64,000 nucleotides of DNA, taken from NCBI RefSeq assembly GCF_009914755.1, contig NC_060929.1; one strand, written 5' to 3'. Below are positions 48,885-61,949 of the stretch, piece after piece (the stretch's first letter is position 1; each line of letters begins with the position of its first letter). The DNA comes from the human T2T-CHM13v2.0 reference genome, Homo sapiens. The notes under the pieces are model-generated. The model had not been told where the DNA came from, searched no databases, and saw nothing but the letters and a program-made list of their open reading frames with translations. The translations under genes and the position numbers were made by a program.

Positions 48885-49014
48885 CTACAGCAATTCCCTC
48901 ATCCAAGAGGTAGGTAACCATGTGACTGCCCCCACAGAAAATGAATACTGCCCCAAATCAAAGCACTATCTTCCCCTCCCCCAAAGAGACACAAGCTGCA
49001 GCAGGAATAGTAAT

Positions 49015-49308
49015 CTTTTTTTTTTTTTTAAACAGAGTCTCGCTCTGTCACCCAGGCTGCAGTGCAGTGACCCAATCTTGGCTCACTGCAAACTCCATCT
49101 CCAGGGTTCAAGCCATTCTCATGCTCAGCCTCCCAAGTAGCTGGGATTACAGGTGTGCACCACTGCGCCTGGCTAATCTTTGTAATTTTAGTAGACAGGG
49201 TTTCTCCATGTTGGCCAGGCTGGTCTCGAACTCCTGACCTCAGGTGATCCACCCATCTCGGCCTCTCAAGGTGCTGGGATTACAGGGCGTGAGCCACCAT
49301 GCCCCGCC
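49015..49308 (-). mobile_element. AluS
   Basis: Reverse dimer; TSD about tagtaatcttt. Confidence 0.93.
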
Positions 49309-50269
49309 AGGAGTAGTAATCTTTATTTTTATGTGGGTGATCCAAAAATAATTCTCTCTATTCTGGAAGGTGCTCAGGCACTGATATTTAAAAAAGGATG
49401 TTCCCTTTTTCTATGGGGCATTTCAAGCAAAACAATGAAACTGCATTTTAAGGATCTATGAAGCTTTTCTGTCCGGCTCTACTGATGAGCTTTTCTGATG
49501 AAACTCCACTCTGTATTAAGAAGAGGCACCATCAGCTCTCCTCTCCTATGAAGTACAGTAAGCTGACCCACTATTTATACCTCTCCTAGGGATGGGTTAA
49601 AAATTCTTTCCCCTTCAGTCTAGATTAAATAGATCTTTAGCTCCATAGGGTATTGGAAATCTGTCCTATATTTGCATTCCCCCTAAGATCTAGTATAATA
49701 TTTAGTATACAGTATAAGTATTCAGTTAATGTTTAATGAATGTGAGCTTTAAGTCAGTGATGAGAAAAAGAGAAGAAAAAAATGTTTAATGAGTGAATTA
49801 ATTATATAAATGAGAATGAGAGGCCCAAGTGAAATCCAGCCTCTAGTCTCTCTCTCTTCAACATTCATTCATTTGTTCATTGAACAAATAGTTACGGTGC
49901 CAGGCACTATGCTGACTATTCCTACAGAATACAATGACCCATATGCTGGGCAGACAATGGTTGGGAACAAAGACAGGATCTGGTCCTCTGCTTTGTTCTC
50001 AGGCCCTTCCTGAGGATGCCCGGCATCCACATCTGGAGAGAACAAAGAAGCCTCTATAAAAAGTAGCAGGTCCATTCCTCAGGGGGTATGAATAGGTTGC
50101 AATACCCAAGATCTTAATTGTTAAAAGTAATCTGCTCTAGGATGACCATCCATTAATTTGTCGAGACTTTTCCTGAAGCTATTTTCAGCCTCTCCTACTT
50201 TTTGATGAAATGAATTCCATGCGTTTACTGCCTTTAGGACAAAATGTTACTTGCTTTTATTTGTCCTGA

Positions 50270-50591
50270 TTTTTTTTTTTTTTTTTTTTTGAGACAAGGT
50301 CTTGCATTGTCACTCAGACTGGAGGACAGTGATGCTGATGCGACTATATCTTACTATAACCTCAAACTCCTGGGCTCAGGCGATCGTCCCACCTCAGCCT
50401 TCAGAGTAGCTGGGACTACAGACACACACCCCTAGGTCTAGCTAATTTTCTTTTTTTTTTTTTTTTTTTTTTGTAGAGATAGGATCTCAGTATGGTGCCC
50501 CAGGCTGGTCTTAAATTCCTGGCCTCAAATGATCCTCCTGCCTCAGCCTCCCAAAGTGCTGGGATTACAGGCTTGAGCCATCGCACTTGGT
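50270..50591 (-). mobile_element. AluJ
   Basis: Reverse dimer with expanded middle T tract. Confidence 0.9.
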
Positions 50592-51015
50592 CTGTCCTAA
50601 AATTTACACTGTTAGGTTCCCTTGGTAAATCCAAGTTGGAGCCTTTTTGGACATGTCTGTATTATCCTGGCCAGAGTTTCAAGGATCCTGGACATTGCTC
50701 CTTTCCATTTATCTTTCCAGATTCAACAGCCACAATGTCTGAAGTCTTTCCTGACACATCTCTTTCCTGCTATAATCTTGCTCCTATATGTTGCCCAATA
50801 AATCACAAATCATTTTAACCCAAAGAGATCTTAGAAAAAACCCCTCTCCCCAGCTTTCTTTTCTCCTTATTCTCTCTAAGCACTATTTTATAAATGAAGA
50901 AAATCTACCACTTCGCAAGTGGCAGGTCACATAGCTGGTTACTGGCACACAACAACCGCATCTTCCTTTCTTGCTCTTTCACGTCTCACTTGCTGGAAAA
51001 ACCAAAACCACAGTG

Positions 51016-51340
51016 GGCCACAGTGGCTGACGCCTGTAATCCCAACACTTTGAGAGGACTACGTGGGCGGATCACTTGAGGTCAGGAGTTCGAGACCACC
51101 CTGGACAACATGGTGAAAACCCATCTCTACTAAAAATACAAAAATTAGCCTGGCTTCGCAGCACACACATGTAATCTCAGCTACTCCGGAAGCTAAGGCA
51201 TGAGAATCGCTTGAACCTGCCAGGCGGAGCTCACAGTGAGCCGAGATCATGTCACTGCACTCCAGCCTGTGCGACAGAGTGAGACTCTGTCAAAACAAAC
51301 AAACAAACAAAAAAACAAAAACAAAAAAACAAAAAAAAAA
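51016..51340 (+). mobile_element. AluS
   Basis: Near-perfect TSD aaaaacca(a/g)aaccaca. Confidence 0.92.
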
Positions 51341-51927
51341 ACCAGAACCACAAAGAATATCCTAAATGCTCAGGTCCTCTCTGCAAGAACAGGACAGTGT
51401 TTTTTGTTTTCTTCCCAATCTCTTTGATAAAGCCTATGTGTTTTCCTGGTGTTCTGGCCAGGGGAGCCTACTGGATTTTAAGATACATTCCCCAGTACTA
51501 GGTCTCTACGCTGCGTCTTATTAAAATAGTTTATAGTTTATATTATTATCTTTTTTCTCTCCAAGTACATTATTCCTTCAAGAAAATGAAGTATGTATTA
51601 TGCAGAGCAAAAATAACAATGACAATATTTAATGAATTCCAATCAAGACTAAGTGATTTCTGTGACACCAACACATCTGCACTTAGCTTGTGTCAGCATT
51701 AATGTGAATTTTCATTTCCTCAACTAATAGCATTGGGAAGTGTTCTAGAAGTTTGTCATACAAGGAAGGAAAGTCCCATCTGTGATCTCCAAAATGGGCA
51801 CCCAGAGGACAGAGTGGGCCAGAAACAGAACTAATGGTGATGACTGGGATTCTAAGAAAGTTGAGTAGGTAGCCCAAACCTCAGTTGTCAACTCCTGCCA
51901 GTGTAAATGAGGTCTTTTGAGTCTTAC

Positions 51928-52013
51928 CTTTTCTCTCACGGGGCTTTCTGAAGTCTTCCACTGAGGTATGATAAGTTCATGCTGCAGCTTGGGGCTGCCT
52001 TCCTCACTTCCTC
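51928..52013 (-). CDS. ADAM19: ADAM19 coding exon 2 (prodomain)
   Basis: acceptor ttggcag|GA; (R)GSEEGSPKLQHELIIPQWKTSESPVREK; donor AAG|gtaaga; 86 nt, in frame with exon 1. Confidence 0.97.
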
Positions 52014-52149
52014 CTGCCAATACAAGATGCAAAACCATTGGAATCCCAGACCTCTATACCCCAGCTAAGCCACACATGCACTTTCTGTGAGCTGCCCCTG
52101 CACTGGGTCATTAGAAGACTTGCTGGATTTCAGGCTCTTGGCACTTCCT

Positions 52150-52850
52150 AGGAACTAGGCACTCTAGGTGTCGGTGATATTGTGGTAAATAGGACATATA
52201 AGGTCTCTGTACTTGTAAAGGTGGGAGACAGACAATGAACAAATGTTCTCACATGGTGCTAAGTACCCTGAATAAAATAAGTTGGGGTCATGGAGTAAAG
52301 AGACATCTATCAGGAGGTGCCTATTTGAAACAGGATGATCAGCATAGATGGCATTTGAGTCCTGAGGAGCCAGAAGGCAGCCATGCAAAAACGTGGGGGA
52401 AGAGTGCCCCAGGTAGAGGAAACAGCAAGTGCAATGGCCCTGCCTGAGCAGAAGTGAACTTGGCCTGTTGAAGGAACAAGCATAAGGTAGGGGTAGCTAG
52501 TAAATGAAAGAGGAAGTTGGTATGAGATGTGGTCAGCAAGACAGCCATGGGTCTGATAATGCAGAGACCACGGAGAGTGTCTGGATTTTCTTATAAATAG
52601 ACTTGGAAGGCACTGGGTGTTTTAAATACAGAGCAATATGATCTGTGTTAAGTTTAAAAAAGATCACTCTGCCTGCGTGGTGGAGAATGGGGGTGGGGTG
52701 AGGCAGAGCGGCGAGAGTGAGAGCAGAAGCAGGAAGGCCAGGCTAGAGATATGCTGGAGCCCTGGTGAGAGATGATGGTGGCTCAGATTAGAATGACATC
52801 AGTGGAGAGGAATGAAGCGGTGGGATTCTGGGCATATTCTGGAGGTCAAG
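52150..52850 (-). mobile_element. L2 fragment
   Basis: ccaggtagaggaaacagcaagtgcaatggccctg...aaaagatcactctgcctgc. Confidence 0.7.
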
Positions 52851-53106
52851 CCCATGAATACTGCTCCCATGGAGCTTTAGTTTTCTTGCCTGTAAAATGA
52901 AGACAAAGATGCTACCTGCCCATCTCACAGCTTTATTGTGAAGAGTCAATATGAAATTGCCTCCTACTCCGCAGAGCATCACTGCATCAAGTTACATTAA
53001 TTGGAGCTTCCTAATGGCAAGTTTACATTTGTATTCCACTTTCTACTTCCCAAATCACTCTCCCAAACCAGTTCTCCTTCATGCTCAAGGCAACCCTGGG
53101 AAGTAG

Positions 53107-53349
<243 letters not shown>

Positions 53350-53798
53350 TAGGAGAGATTTGTTCAGGGCGCTGCAGAACTCAAATACTGGCGGCAGACT
53401 ATCTTAACAAAATGGTAATTTCCCGACACCTAAACAGACTGGTCTCCGTAGTGTTCCTGGGAATGGGGCTGAGGACTCCAAAATCTATTCTGTCTAAACT
53501 AACTACATCAATCATACAGAATATGAATGATAAAAAGATGGCCATAGTTGTTCTGTTAGAGTGGTGATTATGAGTAATTATTAACATTCTCTTCAGAATA
53601 CCGATATAATGCACTTGCAGTCAACATAGATTTTAAAAATAATCTTATTGGACCAACACCAATTCATCAGACAGGCAAATATTAGAAACAATGCATTCAT
53701 ATATTTATCAAATATTTTCTGAGTACTTAACTATGTGCCAAGTACTATGCTATGAATAGGTGCTTAATATTCATGGAGGAACAAGACAAGCATACTGC

Positions 53799-54080
53799 AG
53801 GACAGGAACGGTGGCTCACAACCTGTAATCTCAGCACTTTGGAGGTCCGAGGTGGGCGGATCACCTGAAGTCAGGAGTTTGAGACTAGCCTGGCCAACAA
53901 GGTGAAACCCTGTCTCTACTAAAAATATGAAAATTAGCTGGGTGTGGTGGCGCATGCCTGTAATCCCAGCTACTCAGGAGGCTGAGGCACGAGAATCCCT
54001 TGAATCTGGGAGGCCAAGATTGCGCCAGTGCACTCCAGCCTGAGTGACAGAGCAAGACTCCATCTCAGAAATAAAAAAAA
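53799..54080 (+). mobile_element. AluS
   Basis: TSD aagacaagcat. Confidence 0.92.
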
Positions 54081-54496
54081 GACAAGCATCGCTCTTGCCC
54101 TGGTGGCTCTGATAAGTCTATATTATTTTAAACAAAAAGGAATTCTATAATATTTAATGGAGCATTTAATGGAATTAAATGATATCTACGATTGTAAAAA
54201 AATAGTGAAAGCAATCTAAAATCTCACCAAAAGAGGAACATAGTACATGTTAAGAAAAGGTCTCCAAAACTTGGAAATAAGGCAAGAGCAAGCAAGATGT
54301 CTTCTCAATGTTGTATCAGAGCATTGTTTAACAGACTCACCCATGGATTACTGCATTATCTAGGGGAATGTACCATTGACTTTTTATTTACCATTGATTA
54401 AAAGCTACACTCTGTGAAGTTATATAATCTATATATATCTATAGAATTCTGTCTGACAGAGATGTAAGTGATTTCAGCATAGTAAAAAGATAACCT

Positions 54497-54828
54497 GGCC
54501 AGGCACAATGGCTCACGCCTGTAATCCTAGCACTTTAGGAGGCCGAGGCGGGCGGATCACCTGAGGTCAGGAATTTGAGACTAGCCTGGCCAACATGGTG
54601 AAACCCCGTCTCTACTAAAAATACAAAAACTAGCCGGGTGTGGTGGCACATGCCAATAAGCCCAGCTACTCAGGAGGCTGAGGCAGGAGAATAGCTTGAA
54701 CCCAGGAAGCAGAGACTGCAGTGAGCCCAGATCGTGCCACTGCATGCCAGCCTGGGCAACAGATAGAGACTCTGAAAAAAAAAAAAAGAAAGAAAAGAAG
54801 GAATGAAGGAAGGAAATTAAAAAAGAAA
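54497..54828 (+). mobile_element. AluS with expanded purine-rich tail
   Basis: TSD aaagataacc. Confidence 0.92.
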
Positions 54829-56635
54829 GATAACCAAGAATTATGGTTTGCTTCATGGGGCATCCACCATTTCTGCATCTGCCCTGGGCCACATGATTTC
54901 AACATTCTTTCTCCAATGCTTGTATCACCCCTTTCTAATGCTCCCTGAATCAGCTTTACTCTCCTGTTTGCTACCTCATTAATGAGTTGAATAAATCTTG
55001 GCCACATTTGTATGAGTCGTGTTTTTAACTTTTGAAAACTTTGTATAGAGTCATTAAAATCATGTTTTACAGAGAATTTGATGATGTGGAAAACGCTCAT
55101 GGTGTGAAGTGAAAAACGCAAGACACGAAACTGTACTTATGGGTATGGTTCCAATTTTATCAATATATATCCATAGGAACACACAAAGAATGTGGAGGGG
55201 AAAAAAAACAAAATATCAACAGCAACTGTGGATTTGGGGGTTGCAGATCATTTTCTTTTACACTTTTCGTTATTTCCCAGATATTCTACAGCAAGTGTTC
55301 TCCAAGGACTCAAAACTCAGAGAAGGCGCCTGTGCTAGGAGCAGTAACTAGCTTTCCTTGTCTTTCTTCATGCTTTTCTCCTGCACTAAGCACTGACACA
55401 GGCCTGGTGCTACCCTAGAACCTCCTCTGTGCCTCAGTTTCCCCTTCGGAACAACAGCTCAAAGGGCGGTTCCTTTGAGCCCTTTGGGAGGACCGCCCGA
55501 CCTCGGCCCCTGGAAGTTCCGAACTGTCGGAAGAGCTCTCAGCCTCTGGGTTTGAGGCGGCCCGGGGGTCCAGCCAGCCCACCCTCGCTCCGCCGGTGCT
55601 CGCTCTATTTGAAAACGCTGACTGTTGGTCCCCCAAGCAGCAGTCTGGAGTCAGCCCAGCCCGTCTGCAGCGGTGGAGCCAGGGCTAAGCCTTCTCCGGT
55701 CATAATGAGAGAACCCGGGCACCGCCCCCCGGGACCAAGCCTTCCGCGAAATCTGCTTATAGCCCCCGAGGGATGGAGCCGGGGAGGGGATTGGTGTCTG
55801 GGAAACTAGTCCTGAGAAACACGGACATCACCCGGCATCTTAGCTGGAAACATCGAGTCAGACCCCTTCGCTTCACAGAAGGGGAAACTGAGGACCAAAG
55901 AAGGCGGCCGTCGGGTTGGCGTGGAAAGAGAGCCCTGGTTTCCAGTGCCACCGCGGACCTCAACCCGTGGCGTGGCCTTGGGCAAGTCCTTTCCCTTTTG
56001 TGGGCCTCGGTTTCCCCATCTGTGAAATGGGTGCGTTTGACTTGGCCTTCAGTAGGGCTCCTGCCAGCTCGGGGATCCGAAGTGTGTGGCTGCAGATACC
56101 CAGCGAGCCATCCCCTAGCCAAGGCTACCACAGTCTGCCGCGGGCATTTTATGTCCTACCCCACCAGTGTGGCAGGCACCGAGCCTGGTCCCAGGAAGCC
56201 GCTCCCAGGCCACACGGGCAGGGCGCTCGGGATGCTCGGCGTTGGCGAGTGCAGCGGGCGGTAGAGAGAAAGACAGAGAGAGAGGCGGAGCGGACACGAG
56301 GGACCGTGAGAAAACGGAGGAGGATAAGCCCCGAGAACGGCGGAAAGAGAAGCCAAAAGCAGAAAAACAGAGGAAGGAGAAGGCGAGAAGGGAAGGCTAG
56401 CCAGTGAGCGGACCGGCTGTTTTCTGGCTGCGCCGGGTTTCCCCGACCTCTGCCACCTCCCAGGGCGCAGAACGTGGGAACAAAGCCCGGGCTCCCAGGC
56501 TGGGGACGGCGGGGGCGCAGGCCCCGCGGAGTTGCGGGAGGCGCAGGGGTCGCGGTCCCAGCGCTCCGGACCCGCAGGGCTACTCCCAGGTCTCCGGGCC
56601 ACCCAGCCTCCATCCCCCCGCGCCTGGCCACTTAC

Positions 56636-56729
56636 TTGTCCATCCAGGCTCCCGCGCCGCCCGCGGCCGGAGGGGCTGCAGGGCAAACGCCAGCAAGCAG
56701 AGCCGGGCGGCGCCTGCGCCCCCTGGCAT
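56636..56729 (-). CDS. ADAM19: ADAM19 coding exon 1 (aa 1-31, signal peptide)
   Basis: gccgccgccaccATG Kozak start at 56729; MPGGAGAARLCLLAFALQPLRPRAAREPGWT; donor A|gtaagt at 56636/56635; 94 nt, phase 1. Confidence 0.97.
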
Positions 56730-56757
56730 GGTGGCGGCGGCCCTTAGCGCTCGGCGC

Positions 56758-56775
56758 TCACACGCCCTCAGCCAT
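56758..56775 (-). other. Upstream ORF MAEGV* in the ADAM19 5' leader
   Basis: ggtATGGCTGAGGGCGTGTGA, ending 28 nt before the main ATG; only relevant if the TSS is upstream of 56775. Confidence 0.6.
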
Positions 56776-57270
56776 ACCTGCCCACTGCCCGGCGGTGGAG
56801 GCGCGTCTGGAACCCCCCGGCTCGCCCCGCGCCTCCCCACCCGGCTCCCAGCCCTCTGCCGAGACGCTCCGCCTCCAGCCCCGCGGGCCTCCGCCAGGGG
56901 ATGGAGGAGGGGAGGCTCCAGCCCGGAGGGGGCTGGAGGGAGGGGCCGGGGAGGAGCTGGCGAGACTCGGGGGAGCGGGGCTGGCTCAGGTGAGGGAGAC
57001 CGCGGGGAAGGGAGAATCCGAGCCCCCCAGGAGGAGGGATTTGTGGTGGACGCGGCCTGTAGAGGGTCGGGGACTCGGGCTTCTAGGAGTTAAACTGGAC
57101 CCCTCTCCGCACAGCGGCCCGTTTACTGTCCCGCACTGTGCCAGACGCCTTGGGTGACACTCAGAGGTGATTCACCCAGCGCCGTCCCCCGGGGGCCGCC
57201 ACTCTCGGAGACAGGCTCAGAAAGAGTTAACCCAACCGCCAGGCACAAAGAACTAAGTGCTATATGGACT

Positions 57271-57272
<2 letters not shown>

Positions 57273-57303
<31 letters not shown>
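57273..57303. repeat. poly(T) run of about 31 nt at the upstream edge of the CpG island
   Basis: Direct reading. Confidence 0.95.
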
Positions 57304-57306
<3 letters not shown>

Positions 57307-58222
57307 CAGGACACAAATCCAGGAGCCATTCCTTCTGCCTGGGAGGAGGGAGTGATGAAGACCAGAGGAATCCCAGAGGAGAAGCCATCTGAGATCGGGA
57401 GGAGGAGAAATGGAACATCAGGCGGAGGAAACAGCCCAGACAATCGCACTGGGACGTGAAAACCCTTGGGCTGCATGCGGGGAGAAAACCAGAATTGGGG
57501 ATGGTTAGGGTTTTGGAGGGAAACACAGGGACATGTGACCAAAAATAATAATAACTACTGTTACTTATTGAGGACTTTCTATGTACTAGAATAAGAAAAT
57601 CATGATAGCTAAGACTGATAAAACGCTAAGTGTCAAACGCTGTCTTCAGCACTTTACACATATTCACTTATTTAATTAATCGGAGAAAATAACTTTTATG
57701 AGCCAGGGACTCTGCATACATTATCTCTTTTCATTAGCCCAGTAATCCCATGGGGTAGGTACTAGTACTATCCCTGTTTTAGAAATGAGGAAATCAAACC
57801 TGAGAGGCTAAACCACTTGCCCAAGATTACACAGCTAATGTCAGTGCCTAGATTCAAACCCACATCCGTATAACTCCAGAGCCTGATGCAACACACCTTA
57901 TTTTCCAGGTGGAGAAACTGATAATGAGAGAGAAATGACTTGCCTAAGATCCCTCAGCAAGTTTTAGCAAAGCCTCGTTGTAGAATCCCAGCCTCAAACC
58001 TCGTCCATCTGTTCCTTTTTCTGAGCCTCTTTAGTCAAACCCAGGTTGACTAGAGAAGTGCTAAGTGTTGGAGAGGGCGAGGCACTCCTGAAGATGATGG
58101 GTAGGTAGGTCTATCAAACCCTACTCATGGGCACCCATGAGGGAAATCAAATAAGTGGTTCTGGCCATTAATGTCGTTTGGGACTCCGTTAGTCTCCAGC
58201 TGCTGTAAAATTCGTATCTTTC

Positions 58223-59150
58223 TGTGAACCCGAAATATCTGAGATAGGTCTCAGTCAATTTAGAAGGTTAATTTTGCCAAGCTTAAGAACGTGCTCATGA
58301 CACAGCCTCAGGAGGTCCCAACATGTGCCCAGGGTGGTGGGGGTGTAGCCTCCTTTTATATATTTTGGGGAGACATGAGACATCAATCAATATGTGTAGG
58401 ATGTACATTGCTTCCGGTCCGGTAAGGCAAGACAACTCCAAGCTGCAGAAAGGGTGGTGCTTCCAGGTTATAAGTAGATAAGAAACAGAAGAGGTTACAT
58501 TCTTTTGAGTCCTTGATCAACCTTCCACTGAATACACAATTTAGTCTAGCTCAGTGAATCTACATTTTTACATAAACAATAGGGCAGAAGAAGCAATCAG
58601 ATATGCATTTGTTTCCGGTGAGCCTCAGAGGGATGGCTTTAAATTCTGTCTGTCCTTTGTCCACAAGGAATTTCCTTGTGTGAAAATTGTGAGGAAGGTA
58701 TGTAGCTGTTTCTCTTTGTAGCTATCTTATTTAAGAATAGGATGGTGGCCTGGCATTGTGGCTTAGGCCTGTAATCCCAGCACTTTGGGAGGCCAAGGCG
58801 GGCAGATCACCTGAGGTCAGGAATTCGAGACCAGTCTGACCAATGTGGCGAAACCCTGTCTCTACTAAAAATACAAAAAAAATTAGCCAGGCGTGGTGGC
58901 ACACCTGTAATCCCAGCTACTCAGGAGGCTGAGGCAGGAGATCGCTTAAACCTCGGAAGGGGAGGTTGCAGTGAGCCAAGATCACGCCACTGCACTCCAG
59001 CCTGGGCGACAGAGTGAGACTCTATTTCAAAAAAAAAAAAAAAAGAAGAAAAGAATAAAATGGGGGACAGGTTTGCCTGACATTGTTCCCAGCTTGACTT
59101 TTTCCTTGGCTTAGTGATTTGGGAGTCCTAAGATTTATTTTCCTTTCACA
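58223..59150 (-). mobile_element. MER4A1-like ERV1 solo LTR interrupted by an Alu
   Basis: Reverse of TGTGAAAGGAAAATAAATC...AAGTCAAGCTGGGAAC...CAAGGAAATTCCTTGTGGACAAAGGACAG; TG...CA termini. Confidence 0.85.
58747..59051 (+). mobile_element. AluS in MER4A1
   Basis: Full dimer; imperfect TSD aagaata(gg/aa)atgg. Confidence 0.93.
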
Positions 59151-60124
59151 CTTCTCGCGTGCAGAATATATCCACCCCATCCCAGCAGCCCAAATGTCTT
59201 CACTCATTCCAGCATTAATTCCAAGTCTGAAGTGTCATCTAAATTTCATCTGTATTAGATATGGGTGAGACTTGAAGTTTGTTTCATCCTGAGGCAAAAT
59301 TCCTCTCAGCTTCCAAATACAATGTGGTGGGAAAGGCATAGGATAGACGTGCTGATTCCAAAAGAGAGATACTGAAAAGAACAAGGTGACAGTCCCCAAA
59401 AGTGCAAAACCTAGCAAGGCAAATTCCATCAGATCTTAATGCTCTACAACAATCTTCTTTGGCTGGATATTCTGCCCTGTAGGCCCACTGGGTCAGCAGT
59501 GTCACCCCCACAGCACCAGGCAGTGGCCAGCACCATAGCTCTTTGTCACAGTCCCCCACCCCAAGGCACTGGGCAGGGGCAGCCTGGCCTGCTCAAGAGA
59601 AGGAGACTCCACCCTTTCACTCCCTGCCTCCCCAACAGCCCGCTGTGGTGGGAGTGGCAACCCTGATGATCTGTGAATCATTTTTCTTAAAGAATGAAGC
59701 GAGCTGTATTGTCCTGTCCCGTAGAACAAAATTCTAAAAGCCTTCCTTTGTTTCATCCTGTCTTTATTCCTTTTGGTCTAAATTGGCAATGTCTTTGCTG
59801 GTAAAACCCATCTCTATTTCTGACTTCTAATGAGATGGCTGACTAGCTCCATGGGTTATTGTCCAGCCACACCCTTAGTGTCCTCTCCAGAAAATCCTTT
59901 TTTATTTTTTGCAATATGAATAGGCCAATAATTTTCCAAATCTTCAAGTTCTGTTTCCTTTTTGCTTAGCAATTCCTTCCATTTATCTCCATCCACTCAC
60001 ATTTTACATAAGTACCGAGGAGAAGCCAGGCCTCATCTTCAACACTTTGGAAATCTCTGCAGCTAAATATTTAAGTTCATCACTTGCAATTTCTACTTTC
60101 CACAAAACACTAGAACACAATTGG

Positions 60125-60875
60125 TGGTGGAGAAAACACAAACTCAAAGTGCTTTTTCCTCTTCTCTCACTCAACACAACAACAATCAACAGAGAAGACT
60201 TCTGTGATCAAAGATGTGGGGGCTTTCCCCACACACCAAGCAGCAGTGAATTTAGACACTATAGATAGCATCAGATCCCACAGGTTGAGGTCTCAGTTTC
60301 CAAGACTGGGCCCCCTTCAGACACCAGACGTGTGTTCTTCCAGAACTTCTGACCAACTGGCTTCCAGTTGGGGTTCCCAGGACACCTCTTTGGGTTCAAT
60401 TAGTTTACCAGAGCAGCTCACAGAACTCGGAGAAGCACTTGTTAACATGAACCCAGCAAGGCCTGTGTCTTCAGATTCTTCTTGACCTCTCTGTGCAACA
60501 TTCCTTCCTCAACAGTATGTGGCAGCTTGCTTCAGCACTACGTCTATTAAATTGGAAAGATACAGAGATTACCCTGGCTCCTGTGTAAGGATGACATGAA
60601 AATTCATGATGCATTCTATACTTTAAAAGTAAAAAATAAAGAGTATAGGCCAGGATCATCTCTGCAATGAGGGTCTATGACTCACAATTAGATTATAGTC
60701 CTGCTGTAGGCAGGTGAAAGAAGGGCAGAAGAAGGTCATATTCTGTTTCCTGACACCTGTTTCTGAGGCCTAAAGTGCCCCAACATCATAACAAAAGACT
60801 ATAACAAGGGCTATGGGAGATATGAGCCAGGAACCGTGGATTAAAACCAATATACATATGTATCATAATATCACA
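60125..60875 (-). mobile_element. MER21-like LTR
   Basis: gacttctgtga...ccccacacaccaagca...gatcccacaggttgag...gaaccgtgga...cataatatcaca. Confidence 0.75.
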
Positions 60876-60910
60876 GCAATTCAGCTGAACCCTTTGCCAC
60901 GTTGTAAGTA

Positions 60911-61508
60911 GTATTGGGGTTCAGAAACCAATATCCCAAGATATGGCACTTTGACACATTAAACTAAAGAAGTCTTAAGGTCTCTTTGACCTTCCCCCAC
61001 ACTCTCCTGTCTCTCAATCCTTTGTCTCTCCCAAAGCACAGCATGAAGTTGTTCTCTGAAGTTCCCTTATGTGCCTAAAGTCTGGACCTGCCAAAGAAGA
61101 CAACAGTCTCGGGTGCCTTCCCTGTGTTTTCATTAACTGCATTCATATCGCAGGAAGACTGAAGTCTGTCAATACACCTGAACAGACTTTTGTCACAAAC
61201 CATTGTCAGGTCTGTGGGCCAAAAGACTCTGTCCTAGGCCATTGTATGTTCTTCAAGCCCACTGAATTCCCCTAAAAATCAAGTACTATCCCCCAAAAAT
61301 CATCCGCACTCCCCTATCTCCCTTTCCCCTAAGAAGTAGGGTATATAAACGTCCATACCCCAATGGGATATTGGACAATCACTCTGTGATTCTCTCCCAT
61401 GCATGCTAATAAATTTGTATGCATTGTCTCCAGTTAATCTGCCTTTTGTGAGTTGATTTTTTGCTGAAACTTCAGAGGGCAAAGGGGAAGTTTTCCCTTA
61501 GCCCCTGC
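60911..61508 (+). mobile_element. MER39-like ERV1 LTR
   Basis: ttggggttcagaaaccaatatccc...aataaatttgtatgc...gaaacttcagagggcaaaggggaagttttccc. Confidence 0.7.
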
Positions 61509-61860
61509 ACAAGAATCACCTTTCCTCCAGTTTCCAATAACATGTTCCTCATTTCCATCGTAGACCTCACCAGAATAGCTCTTAATATTCATATTTCTAC
61601 TAATATTCTGTTCCTGGTGATATATGCATTCCCTAAGATGACAGAAGCTTTCTCTATAGCTCTCCTCCTGTCTTCCTGAGCCCTGGCCAGAATCGCCTTT
61701 AACATCTACACTTCCATCAACAGTCCTTCAAAGCAATCTTGGCTTTTTCTAGCATGCACCTCAAAGCTCATCCAGCCTCTACCGATTACCCGGTTCCAAA
61801 CTCACTTCTGCATTTTTAGGTATTTTGTTATAGCATAGCCCACTTCTCAGGATCAAAACC

Positions 61861-61917
61861 TGTATTAGTCTGCTAAGGCTGCCAAAACAAAATAGCACAG
61901 ACTGGTGGCTTAAACAA

Positions 61918-61949
<32 letters not shown>

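Larger units (their letters stand above)
55480..57240. promoter_or_regulatory. ADAM19: CpG island and TATA-less promoter of ADAM19 (covers exon 1 and the start of intron 1)
   Basis: Sharp rise in GC and CpG density against CpG-depleted flanks; GC-box-like G/C tracts at 56820-56990; no TATA box seen; TSS cannot be fixed from sequence alone. Confidence 0.9.
59151..61860 (-). mobile_element. MaLR internal region (MLT1A-int-like), split by later LTRs
   Basis: Directly follows the LTR 3' end at 61861; gagaagtggg...tataacaaaatacctaaaaatg...tttggaac on the minus strand is the MaLR-int start. Confidence 0.75.

Noticed and set aside
52008-52016. NAGNAG (CAG GAG) tandem acceptor at exon 2 that would drop Gly33
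   Set aside because: A distal GAG acceptor is very rarely used after a proximal CAG; no support visible in sequence
56161-56175. CTCF-like ccaccagtgtggcag
   Set aside because: One base too long for the CCASYAGRKGGCRS core spacing
55429-57157. Long overlapping ORFs (124-229 aa) on both strands over the CpG island
   Set aside because: Stop-codon scarcity in GC-rich DNA; low-complexity R/G/P/A products with no recognisable domain; only the exon 1 segment is real
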